NCBI RefSeq assembly: GCF_009914755.1
Contig: NC_060929.1
Source of the DNA: the human T2T-CHM13v2.0 reference genome, Homo sapiens
Reading direction: 5' to 3' (one strand)
DNA: 64,000 nt
Of this stretch, positions 15,866 through 28,570 are shown one piece after another. Within the stretch, counting starts at the first letter, position 1; the number at the start of each line of letters is the position of its first letter. Position numbers and translations under genes: made by a program. The notes under the pieces are model-generated. The model had not been told where the DNA came from and did not search any database. It saw nothing but the letters and a program-made list of their open reading frames with translations.

Positions 15866-18800
15866 AATAAATTTAGAAATTCAGAAATTAAGGCCCAAAG
15901 AGAGGTTAAGTCACTTGTCTAAGGTCGCACAGGTAAACGGTGAACCTATGGACTTTGAATCCAAATAGGTTTTCACTCTGGCCCTGGGACTACCATAAAT
16001 AATTATTACTCAGAGCAAAGGTCAGGAGGAAGATTATGCTCAGGAAATACTTCAACACCTAGTGAAAAAATGCTAGGATTCAGGCTACCCCAGGAAGAGT
16101 GATGGAATCATGGATACAGCTCACGATATTAAGTCAGATGCAACAGCAGCTGTTGACATCTCGGGGGAGCCGTGAAGTGGGCACTTGAACTTTGACTGCA
16201 CTGAAATGATGTCACTTGCCAAAGACAGCCATCTAACCTCAAAGGCTAAAAAGTGCCCGGCACAGGATACCAGAGTGGTTCAATTAATAGCAAGAAATTT
16301 TCATAGAACAGAGAAAGAAAGACATCAGAGGCTAACCAGAAGACTAAGGTGGAGAGAGGCAACAGTAGATCAGAGAGTTACTGAGAACAAGTATTAAGGC
16401 GATCAGCCAGCAGCACTAATGGAGGGTCAGAAGGAATTGATGGTTAGTTACTAGCAGGCCCTGAGCACAGCTGGTAGCCGCAGGAAGAGCTGGCAGGGTG
16501 AGAGGTAGGAGCAGCTAATCAAACTGTCTAATGGGCTGATTAGACAAGCAGTGGGATCAACCACCAGGGGTAGGCGATTCAACTGCCAGAGGATCAGAGG
16601 GACAGGAAAGGCAAAGACAGAACAAGGTCAGTCAGGGGCCTGAGTAAAAGGGAAGATGATTGGGTGGCAGTCTGATCAGCCAGCTGTGACAGCTCATCAA
16701 ACAATAAAGGGAGCCAACTGTAGTAGTAGCAAGGAGGGCCGAGGGGACGGAACAGTTTACAGAGCGGGATAATCTCGCAGTCAGAAAAGCTAATCAAAGC
16801 TGACAGGAGCTCCTCAGAGCTAGGGGCGGGACTAGTGAATTTGCAGCCAGTGCCTTTGGTCAAGGGTTTATTTTTTCACATCATAAGCAGAGCATGCAGC
16901 TCAGCTGCTTTCTCTGCTGTCCCAAGGCTCAGGGGACTGAGATTTGAAGACTCGTTGACAAAGTAGGGCAGAGATGCCAAGTCCCAGCTCCTATAAATAT
17001 GGCAGCCTAGACCAGGAGCTGAGACCTGATTGAAAGCCTGGCCAGCCTGATTTACCCAGGCAAATACATATGCAAGCATTCCTCTTTTTGTTCTTTCCTT
17101 TTTCTTGTTTTCCCTTCTTTTTTCATCTTTTCTTTTTTTTATTTTAATCATAACACCTGCACTCTTAGAAAAATTGCATCAAGGATTCTGAATGTAAAAG
17201 TTTAGGTCAAAATATGACATATCTTAAATATATCAGAAATATCTGCCCTTTGTTTTTTAAACTTCAGATACAGACTCAACACACTTAACCCTTTTGTCCT
17301 TTTTTTCTCCCCACCAAGCCACTACATATTTTCTTTTTTGTTATAACACACAAAGACACACATTTAAATACTTTAAAATTGCACTCTTGTGAATTGATTA
17401 TATAATGGATTTTCTTAAAGCAGAAAATAAATGTCCAACTTGAAAAACAACAATTTTCCCTATCTTCTTTCTGTTGTTGCTAATAGGAGTCCATCACCAT
17501 CAAACCCATCTTTCATGTTTAGAAGAATAATTGTTGTCCTATAACCTATATTTCCCTTGTCTATGATGACTTGGGAATTTAGAGGCACATAATAACAACA
17601 AGAATAACTACCTTCTTTGAGTGCTTACTTGGAAATACTCTATCCTATAAGAACCTATTGATACTTCCACTTTACTGGGAAATGAGGCCCATAGAAGTTA
17701 AGATTAACCAAAGCCACACACACTAGGATGCAGTTAAATTGAAACTCAAATGCTGCTTCACTTATCCACCATGTCACATCACCTTTATGTTTCAAACAAC
17801 ATTAAGAAATACAAGATGAAAACTTGCATAAGGTTTTACTACTCTTCCCACTTTTGTTCTTACACGGAATAGACTAAAGAAAGCTTTCTACCAAGGCTTA
17901 AAATTTCTGTGCATTATGAAAAGCAAACGGCATGCTTTTAGAATATAGCAGGTGAAATTATTTCAAGAAGTGACATAGCTATATTTGGTAGGTGTTACAG
18001 CAGCTGTGAATTAAGCATGGGCTCCAGCATATCCCTCTCTGACCTTCTGCATCATCTGGAAAAGGATCGGGAATAAAAAAAAATTAAAATGTTATTTTAG
18101 TGTGTGAATTAATTCATTCAATATTAACTAAGCTTGAAACCACAATAATTAAAACGATGTGGTATGAGAACAAGAATAGACAGGTTGATTCAAATTTAAA
18201 TTCAAGTAAGTACAGGATTTAAATTAGTCTAAAGGTGACATTGCAGATCACCAAAGGAAACAAGAACTTCCTACTGTTCCTAGGTTAATTTTCTTACTAT
18301 AGAAAAAAGCAGTAAGATCCTTGTTTTAAAACAAATACCAAAATTAATTCCAGATAGATTAAACTTAAATTTGGTAGACTCTGTGTTGGAATATACGTAG
18401 CCACTGTATTAAAAAAAAAAAAAAATCTTCAGTAATGTGTTTGCCTTTCAACACAACACTTTTAGTGAATGCCCATCACATCATTGTTTACTCTAACCAT
18501 GATGAAAGGCTACCTGTGAGACAAATGTTACACAACAGGGGATCTCATAAATAAAATATGAAGCATGCTTATAAAAAACGGGTCCTATGCTATCACTCCC
18601 AACAAATTGTGCTGAAAGCCTCATATATTACCCTGTAACTATAAAATAAAACCAATATTTTCATGAAATATGTAAAATAGATGTAATGTATGTCTAGGTA
18701 AACTACTGTAAATTACGTCAGAAAGGGCACTTTTGGTGATAGTGCCAGTTATATCCCAGGTAGTGCCTGTACTAGTCAGCATGGTGGTTTATATTGAGTA

Positions 18801-19592
18801 GACACATAATATATATGTGACGAAGTCAATTTTATTTTCCTGAAATGATTCCATAATTCTCTAGTTAATTTTAAAATGTCTTTGTATCTTCATGATCCCG
18901 TTTGATTATGCATAGGTAAATGCTTAAAAGCTAACGCTTTACTCAAACAGCTTTTATTTTCCTAACTGGTATTTAAACCTTATTACATTAATACTTTCTT
19001 AATGTTTTATTTTGGCCTGCTTCCAGTCCTCTTGTAAACCAGTGAATCAGAATGACTAACTAAGTACCAGTAAGAAACACTGGGAGGTTCCTCATGTCTT
19101 CAATCTCTCTCTTCCCCAACAAATGTAGCCCCAAAAGAATTTTTTCTTACGTAAATTTTTGAAGGATTTAATATCTTTCCAAGCTTAGCTATAAGTGAAG
19201 AATCAGACTCCATGTTATTACATTACACATGAGCCTTTCATAGAAGTAGTACATTTTTAGCTGCCTACCCTCTCTCTAGGAGACAGGAAAAAAGTTATTA
19301 TTTTTAAGTAGTTATATGACATGAATCATAATGATTATTTTGGTCATGCTTCAAACTCCAAAGCATTACATAAAGAAGGCATACCTTGGAGAAACTGAAC
19401 AAAAACACAAGAATCCTAAGCATTGGGCTAAAGAACACATTGGTTTAGTTTGAAAATGGTTTAATTTGAAACCTGAATATTATCAGTAGATAGAAATGAT
19501 AATTCACAATCAAGCCAGAAGAAACTTGCTTTTTTTGTCAATTTTCTTTAAAGATTTTAAATGTCACATTCAAACATACAACTCTAACAACA

Positions 19593-19647
19593 ACTCTCTC
19601 TCTCTCTTTCTCTCTCTCTCTCTATATATATATATATGTATATATAC
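19593..19647. repeat. (TC)n(TA)n microsatellite
   Basis: Seen directly. Confidence 0.9.
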
Positions 19648-20582
19648 ACGAGTTCAAAATTAACACATTGTATTACCACATCTAATATGCCTTCGTTCTT
19701 GATAAAATGTAAGAAAAATTTCAGTTTCAAAGGAAAGGACACCACTTTTGGTTAAACCCTAACATTTTTCTCAGATTTACAGTATTCTGTAAGACAAGCA
19801 TAATTTTCCACCAGCTCGGGACATGAACTGGTATTAAAACTTAGCTCTTAAAAAATGTTACTGGAATTATGACTAAAGAAAAAAATTAAGTTAAACTTGA
19901 AATGGGCCTAACTATTGATGAGAGCTTGAATTTCAGGAAACAAGGATGGCTCACAAACCATACTGACAATCATAATAATCATTCATGTCAACCATCACCA
20001 CAGCATCATTGTGTTTCAACTTTACCGAATCAGCAGTGAACAATCTTATCATCCTTATGTTAACACATAAACAGTTTACCTTTGAAAAAGCAGAGTCTTA
20101 CCAGGGGTATATAAAACATTATCTCCAATACAGAAGGGTTTGAAAGACTCTATCTTCCAAGAGAATGGGGGATCGTTGAATTATAAACAATGTGTTCATT
20201 TTTAAGGCATGTCAATCATTTGAAATAATATTACTTTGTAACTTAATCTCAGATATATTTACTTAAGACAGAGTAAATCTGTAATAATATGATGGCAGTC
20301 CTAAAGAGGGAGATCATTTTCAATACAGCACATTCAGTTCAGTTTTGTTTACTTGTTTTTTTTATATTACTATTGTTCACTATTGAGAAGGAAATTATAT
20401 TGATGAAGTCCCTGCATTTGTAATAATGATAGTTTAGGAACATAAATATAAGAGCATGAATCAGTCAAAAATAAGTGAATGATTCTGGGATTGAATCCAA
20501 ATTTTATTTAAACCAAATTAGTTAACCCATTGCTTGGCCAATATACAAATTCATAGTTAGGCTAATGGAAGAATATCTAGAG

Positions 20583-20740
20583 CAGAAGTAGCATGCTCAA
20601 ATACTTACAGAGGCCAGGATGGTATTATAAATGTTGAATATAGAATGATGAAGAATATTAGGTCCCCCATAAACCTTCAAAATTCAATAAAAATAACTAT
20701 AGAAGGGTAGTGTTACTTTCAGCCATAAGTTGCCACTTTT
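20583..20740 (+). mobile_element. MER102-like hAT DNA transposon relic
   Basis: ctcaaatacttacagaggccagg ... agccataagttgccact. Confidence 0.45.
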
Positions 20741-21259
20741 GATATGGTGAAATGACTAGAGTATGTAACTGCATCCCCAAACGAAGGAGCCCAATATTAG
20801 AATCCCATGTAAGAGACAACCAAGTCTGTGACCAGTTATTATTCTTTGCTCAAGAGGCTGTCCAATTTGCCTCTTGCTAAGGAGATAAGATACAGTCATA
20901 GTTCCCAAGAAGCTGATAGTTTGAGTTTATAAGTTAATACCTAGTGAATAACAATTAATTATGACAAATACTATAGTAAATGTAAGTACAGAAAAGAGAA
21001 CCATCTAGTGAAAATAGAGGTAGTGATATCTGCATTAAGTCATTAAGTATAAATAGGAATTATTCAGCAATGAAAGTGGGGAGACTCCGCAGGCAGGAAA
21101 ACAGCATATTGTACATGTTAGTGATCAGTCTTCCTTGTCATTCTCTTGCCTTCTTTATTTCTCAACCTACAATAACTACAATAGCTAGCTAGCTAGAGCT
21201 CACTCAATAAATAGCTATTATTACTATAGTGGCACAATTGGTTGATGTTTTGAGTTAGC

Positions 21260-21460
21260 CAGAGCTGGCTGATTCAAATCCTGTTTTGTGAGTTTATTAG
21301 CTGTGTGACCTGGATTATGCCACTTAAATTCACTAGTTTTGTTTTCTTACCTGTTTAGTGAAGATAATAATTACCCACATTGTTGTCCTATAGATTAAAT
21401 AAAATGATGCACATAAAACCCAGCTCCTACTACATAAAGGGCACATAAAATTCAATTTTT
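21260..21460 (+). mobile_element. MIR
   Basis: ttcaaatcctg...tagctgtgtgacctgg. Confidence 0.6.
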
Positions 21461-22759
21461 ATTATCAGGGAAAATAAAACACAATATGCAGAGTTAGACA
21501 AAAGAAGATAGAAAATGGAGAGCAAGTGAAGTGATACAAACTCATCCACACCATTAATCCAGACCAAATTTAATAATAGTTATTTTTTCTCCCTAGAAAG
21601 TTGTTGGTTGCTCAGATGTGATTCAGAAATGCCAGCATGGGGGCCATGGAAAGGGCTTCAATAGGGGAACTGATGAATTACTAGAAAGAACATGAGTGGG
21701 AATGTTCCCAAGCTTAAGTGAGCTTTGAGCTCCCAAACAGAGCTAGCTGTTTCATTGCTGTGGTTTTTATTTACTAAATTTGGGCTGAGAAGCTAGGATT
21801 TGAGTTTCTGATGCTGTCTGTCATCAGATCACTGATATATTTCCTTATCTCCTGCATTATATCTCTTTCATGGTTATTCTTTTTTTTTTTTGCATCATTT
21901 AAAATTAAAGCCTTGACTGTCCCTTGACTAAATGATTTTAGAATACAACTGTTTTTATTTTAAATTTCTTATTTACATATTACCTTCCATCATGGATGCT
22001 GGAAATAACTTTAGAATATTTTAAAACTCTAAGATGGAGAAAACATTCTGGGCAACAAATTTATGTTTATTTTTCAGGTAGCTCATGTCAATCTGACCCT
22101 TCTGAGCCTTACCTTTCCTTGTGGGACTACCCTTTAATTCTAAAAGACAATGCTTTGCACACAGTGTTAAACATATTATGTTCTGTGTTAATCATCATGG
22201 AATCCAAGGGTTTTCTTTGCTTCCTACCCTCTGTATCCAATAAACTAAACCATGCCAACGTGGTGATTTAGCAAATGATTTATTCTTTTCTGTCAATTTT
22301 GGGCTAGTAACAAATATTGCAAGAAAATCATGCTGCTTAATAAGTTCACATCTAACTGAGAATGCTAGTATTTTTCCACATGTCTAGAATGCATTTGCAT
22401 CTTTAATTTTTCTCTAAGTAGTATAAAAATGTACTGACATAAACAACCAGTATAATTATGTTTCTATGAGGAGATCAAAAATCCAGAGTAGAAATAAAGA
22501 GATTTGTATTTGTATCCCAACTCTGATACTTATAATATGGCCCTGGCTATGTATTGGAACTTTATGGATACTTATGTACCAAATGTTTATTGATCACATA
22601 TGTTTCAGATCCTAATCTTATCTCCTCAAAAACATGGTCATACAAATTTACAAGGTCAAGTATGGTTCAATGAGAAAAGAAAAGTGCATGTTTTAAATTG
22701 AAAAATTATAAAAAGAGTGAGAAATTCTTCAGCATCCTTTCATCTATCCATTTCTGAAC

Positions 22760-23226
22760 AATGTCCCTTATGAAGCAAAAACTGCCTCCTAACTTATGAA
22801 AGACAGAAATAGCAGACACTTATTTTCTGAAGCTTCCTTTGTAGCCATAAACTAGGCACAGAAGCTCAAGTTTCTGTATTGGATGAACTGACCCTAGAGT
22901 CCTAGGAACCAGGAGGGATTTTGTCTTTCTAGTGGTAAATGTAGGAGGACTAAATTTCTAAATCTTGGTGACAGCAGTGCTACTGGCAATGCCAAGAGCC
23001 ACAAGACCAGTGTGATAAACATCAGCAAACAGGACCTCATGGTCACAATGGCACAGGGTTCCCTGACCAGTTCTGCATTGGCCTAATATACACAGTCCCA
23101 AACCTCATTCTCCCATCTTTTTAGTAGTGTCTAAGCTCTCCAATATCCTTTCAGTGCAACTAGTGTCTATTCAAATTAGCTAAAGGTGCTTTCTATTGCT
23201 GCAATTCTGACTCCTAACAGATATAA
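22760..23226 (+). mobile_element. Old ERVL LTR (LTR33-like)
   Basis: End aaattagctaaaggtgctttctattgctgcaa...taacagatata resembles LTR33/MLT ends. Confidence 0.45.
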
Positions 23227-23342
23227 AGAGAGTTAAATTGTAGATGTTTTCAAAACACCCATCTACCTGTGGAAGATGCTACACTATTACTATTATGGGC
23301 TGAGGAAGACATAACAAAAGAGCTCCCCTCCCCAACTTCAAT

Positions 23343-23628
23343 TGAAACTGATGTAATAGCCCAGTAGAGCTGATGTTTAGGGTGTCTTTGAATAAACATA
23401 GAAGTTAATCCTCTCAGTCTTAAAACTTGAGAAAGTTGAATTTGTCTTAACTGAGTTTCTCTCTCAGGAAACCAACCATCAGGCCTCCCCAAATAGTCTC
23501 AAGGAGCTGAAACTCACCAGATCACTGCATTTGGACAATGAGATCCCAGATCCCTCACTCATCATAACTGCCTAGCCAACCACCTGCTTCCTGTTGACCA
23601 ACTCCTCTTCCTTTCCCCTCCTTCTGCC
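23343..23628 (+). mobile_element. MER39-family ERV1 LTR fragment
   Basis: ctcaggaaaccaaccatcaggcctccc...gaaactcaccagatcactgcat...cctgttgaccaactcctcttcc. Confidence 0.7.
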
Positions 23629-24126
23629 CCATGAATGAATGTCTCTGTAATCAAGTAACTTTAGAAGATGTTGCATACCATGCTCTCTTGGAAATCTGCA
23701 TAACAGATCAACATATGATAGGCTCTGGGAAGTGTAATGGTAAAGAGATATTTGTGACTTTCTACCTTGCACCTAAACTTATTTGGCTGAGAAAAATGTA
23801 TTTTCCAAAGCACCAATAACATTGTGCCATTAGGGTCCTGCTGAATGTGTTTTTAGGCATACATCTATGTCATATTATTTAGTCATCTTATTTTGGAAGA
23901 GATAATCCTATAAGTATGCTACACATAGTAACAGGAGAAATAGCATGGGAATGGGATTCATATCACATACCATGTGAAATATTATCTTGGGGACATCAAT
24001 GCACCTCTCTGATCCTTAATTTCCTATTCTGTAGAATGTGGTAAACCCCTTTTATGTACATTACTAAAATACTGTACATAAAACTCTTAGCGCAATGTCT
24101 AGCACATAGGGAACTAGATGTATTAT

Positions 24127-25080
24127 TGAAGAAAGATATTTACCTGACCCCTTCATGGGATTTGCAATAAGGGTGCCTCATTTACTCAGCCTGTAGCTCT
24201 CAACACCTCATGGGAGGGAGCATGAGAAAAAACAAGGTGGGAACTGGAGTGCAGGAGTGCTAGAACCAGCCAGCCACTCCAGTGCCAGCAGAGGTGAACT
24301 CCACTCACTCAAACCCACTGTGTTCCACCCGTCACAGAAGGAAGCACACAGGTGAGTGGGTACAGGAGCTGGGGGGCGGTGCTTCTTGGCCCTGGAAGGA
24401 GCAAACTCTGTGTGGGCCCTGTGGCAGTGTCTAGGGAGGATGCCCAAAATCCCTGAAGCCTCAGTGGGGAGTATTACAGTGCTCCTTTAGCTCTGCTGTC
24501 CACGAATGCCTTAAGTGTTAACAGATCAATGGGCCCTCTGCCTTCTACCAGCAAAGGCAAAGTGTCAGTATGTCAGCCTTTCCTATCCTCAGTCATGGCT
24601 CCTGAGCTCTTGTCAAGCATCCAAGAGAAATGAGTTGTGCAAACGAACTGAAGAATGGTACATGCAGGGGATTTTATTGCTGATGAAAATGGCTCTCAGC
24701 AGGAAGGGAAGCTGAAAAAGGGATGGGTGGGAAGGTAATCTTCCCCTGAAGTTCAGCCATCTCCAGCCAGATTCTTCTCCAAAGTTATGCCGTCAGGCTG
24801 TCCTTCTGACTTCAAGCTGCTTCTCTCTGACATCCAGCTGTAGTCTCTGATATCCAGGTGCTTCTCCTTGCTGCTGGCTGAGTCTGGGGTTTTTATCGGC
24901 ACAGGATGGGGGACAGGGCAGGGTCATGGGTGCATTTGGAAAAGGCAACATTTAAGCAGGAAAACAGGGATGGAAGTTCTCACTTTGGGCCACAGTCTCA
25001 GGCTTTTTGGCTTGAGGGTGGGACTTTGCCAGGGACCCGCATTTTCCTGCCTAGAATTTCTCTGCCTCCTGTCCCTATTA
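24127..25080 (-). mobile_element. ERV1 solo LTR (LTR27/LTR28/MER52 group)
   Basis: Minus strand starts taatagggacaggaggcagagaaattctaggcag. TSD ttat at 24123-24126 and 25081-25084. Confidence 0.75.
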
Positions 25081-26144
25081 TTATTATAAAAAATAAATTG
25101 AAAGTATTAAAAATTAAATTATATAATGCATGAAAATAATCTAGTAACAAAATCTGTGCCATCTACTAGCTGCTCAATGAAAAGATAGGTTACCTTTCTC
25201 TCTTTGGTAGAAGCAAATTTGATCAAATGCAATAAGGAGAATTGTGTATTCTCTTCACTACACTGTAAATGGAGGGAGGGAGGATAGAAGCTGAGTCTGG
25301 TTTTGTTCAGCATATTCCCCCAGAGCACCTAAAACAAAGTATATTTTTGTATATCACTGTATAAATGTCCCACTGTTTGTGTTAACTTCCCAGAGCACAG
25401 AATCAAAATGCTCCATTTTTTGCTCTGTAGAAATTTATTCAAAACAATAGATTGCATATAATAAGCTCTTTTTCTCATATTTTACTACATTTCTCAGCCT
25501 GGTCTCAATTTTGTTTTTCAATTCAAACTTCCAATGACTAGCAAAAGGCAAAGAAATAAGAACGTCTTATTTTTGATAGAGTTAAGGTGAATATATTGGC
25601 ATCTCAACAAACGTACAGATTGAAAACTTCATTCTGAAACATTGGAAGACTTTCCTATTAAGCAGTGCTCCACTCTCAGATCCGTGGATACAAAATTGCT
25701 ATTGACTGCAGGGCAGAACAAACTAACCAATTTCACAGAATTACTTTTTGGTATATGGATTACAACTGCACAGAGAACAGCACATATATAAAGATACTGG
25801 CTTCTAGGACAAAGGAAAAATAGCAACTAGGGCAATATAGTCATATCAGAAAGCTAGAATATTTGTGTGATGGTTTGCATTTTGGAAAACGCCAGACTTA
25901 ATTTTTCATACTTGGTCTCTTCAATATTCTTGGGAGCATGGTAAATGCAGCTATAATGAATAATTTATAGTTATCAAAACTCTCTTAACCTCATCAAGCA
26001 TTCACATATTTAGCATAGGATTCTTCCCCCAAAGAAAAATATCTGAAAATCTCTACTTTTTGAAAGATAGTTCAATGCTTAAAAAATGATCCCAATTATT
26101 AATTTGGCCCAAAAGGCCCTGTGTAGTCTGACACCATCTCTAAT

Positions 26145-26500
26145 AGTCGGGTTAGGCTATGCTATGCTACAATCATAAGCAAACCCCAAATTCCAGTGGC
26201 CTAACATAGCATTTTATCTATTAATCTATTTGTTACACAATGCCACATGTCCATTCAACTCTTCTGAATAATTTTTCTCCAAATAGCGACTTACATCTGG
26301 ATCAGTTAATTTTGGAAACTTTGCCATATCAATACAAGGTATTCTCATTGACCCCAGAAGAGAAAAAGAGGTACTAGATAATTAATTGTGCATGCCCTTT
26401 AATTGCCTCAGGCAAAGATGATATTCTCAGAGCTCCTCTGCCTGAAAGGGGTGAGGAGTTTGTATGTGAGTAAATGAATATTTAAGGAGTACCACTATCT
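26145..26500 (-). mobile_element. Old MLT1 (MaLR) LTR inside L2
   Basis: agtcgggttaggctatgctatgctac...aaaccccaaattccagtggcctaaca. Confidence 0.6.
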
Positions 26501-26975
26501 CTTCTTCACCTCCTTACCTGTACCACTCTCCTACCTGTTCTCAGCTCTCAGCTGTACTCAGTTTTTTAAATCAATCATGCTCTCTGCTCCTACAGGGAAT
26601 TTGCACAACCTTTTATTTCTGTGGGTAATATCTTAATATTCTTCGCTATCATTCCACCAACTACCTCTATCTACTTGATTTTCTTTTTCTCCCATTCTCA
26701 GCTAAGCATCACTTTCTCAGGGAACTCCTTCCCAAACTACTCCCCGCCTGCAAATACTATTACAGGAATTCTTTCATAAGAGGACTTATTACTTCATAGA
26801 TATATGTTCCTCATTTGGCTATTTGACTAAGCCTTGCCTATCCCACTAGAACGGAGCTGCAAGAGAACATGAAATGTATTTTTTTATCACCATTGTATTC
26901 CCAATACATAGAAAAATAATTGGCCCATAATATAAATGCAATAAATTTTTGTTAAATGAATAAATGAATGATGAA
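26501..26975 (+). mobile_element. L2 3' fragment
   Basis: Ends aataaatttttgttaaatgaataaatgaatga. Confidence 0.65.
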
Positions 26976-27829
26976 GCATGTGGTATTCAGAGAGATTATA
27001 ACATATGACCAAAGTTATAACCAACCGGTGACAAAGCCCAGACTTATACCCTGATCTACTGACTCTAAATTCCATTATCTTTTTATTGCTTCCCAGTAGG
27101 CTAAATTTGGAAATGGGCATTTTCTTGGAAGGAAGGAATTGGAGATGCGTCATAGAAAGACTTTCCTGTCAGAAATTTAAAAAGAAACACAGATTTTAGC
27201 CATCTGTTGTTACAGAGCCAACAATTCTTTGGGCCTGGAGATCCTTGGATGTATAAGTTAATTACAAATCAACCATTGTCTACTTAAAGAAAAAAATGAA
27301 ACTATTGTTAATATCAGCCAAAAGAGCTTTCAAAGTTTGAAGACAAAAAAAGTGTTTGCTTTGTGGCTTTCTATTGTCCCGTCGTTCTTATTTTCAGACT
27401 GTTGGGACAGACAAGTCACATTAATTTATGAGTCACACTTTCTAAAACTAGAACTTTATTTGCATGAACAATAGTTATGTGTCCAGCTTGATAGTCAGTA
27501 AGGTAGAAAACCGACCTCTATTGAGTGAATAGCTTTTTCTGTTTCTGTAGATCACCTGAAATTAGGTGAAATTTCATTGTGAGATAGTCAGTTAAAAACT
27601 GCTAATTTATAAAAGTGATGCATACTCAATGGAAAATAAAAATAAAAACGAAATTCTTAAACAGTGCGAGGAAGAAATCAAATTTTGTTTGAAACCCTAC
27701 CTCCCAAATGTAATCACAGTTACTATTTGGGCAAACATCCTTCCGAAGACAGTTATCTCTCAATAACCCATATTTTTAAGAAATTGGCTGTTTCCAGCTG
27801 TACAACCCAAGGTTGAATTGTGCAATGCT

Positions 27830-28020
27830 TGAGTCAAAAGTCCCAGGTTTAAATGCTAACTCTGCCACCTACCAGCTGTGTGACCTTGGACAATTACTTA
27901 ATTTCTCTAACCTTCACTTTCTCCATTTAAAAATTTTGAGAGTATTTGCTTTGAGAGGGTGGTTATAGAAATAAAATGAGAGAAAGTATGCAAAGTACCA
28001 GGTACAATGCCAGAAATACT
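27830..28020 (+). mobile_element. MIR
   Basis: ctctgccacctaccagctgtgtgaccttggacaattacttaa. Confidence 0.75.
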
Positions 28021-28299
28021 CAGGCATCCAAGGAAAACAAATACAATTTTATTTTCCCAGGAGGATATAGATAGTGATGATCCGATATGAGGATTAGATG
28101 ACAAATGAAAAAGTGGGAGATCATTTTGCATGCAGTTAAAATTGCAAGACCAATGCCCTCAGCTACCCTTTTATCAGTGCTGAGGGGCACAGAGGCTAAA
28201 TTGGCTTTTAAACATGTCTGATGGTTACATTTACTAAAATTATCTGAAAAGTCATTCTCTACAAAAATAAATTGGCTGGGAGTATATGAAGACGGAACT

Positions 28300-28570
28300 A
28301 TCATTTACTGAGCAAAGTATTAAGCAGGTGTTATGCTAGGTTCTTTACATTTATTGTTTTATTAAATCCTCCTAACAACACTATAAGTTAGATGCCATTG
28401 CTAGACATATTTTATAGATTAGGGAACTGAAACTTAGCAAGTTGCGGTGATTTGTCCAAGCAAATTGAGGTGATTTGTCTATTATTACATGTCTTTGGAC
28501 ATGTAATAATAGAGGAACTGAGATATGATTCTAAGTTGGGTCGACTACAAATTTGAAGCCCTAAATCATT
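28300..28570 (-). mobile_element. MIR
   Basis: catttactgagc...ttttatagattagggaactgaaacttag. Confidence 0.65.

Noticed and set aside
25620-25830. Possible coding exon (stop-poor frames)
   Set aside because: No recognisable protein similarity and no convincing splice-site pair.
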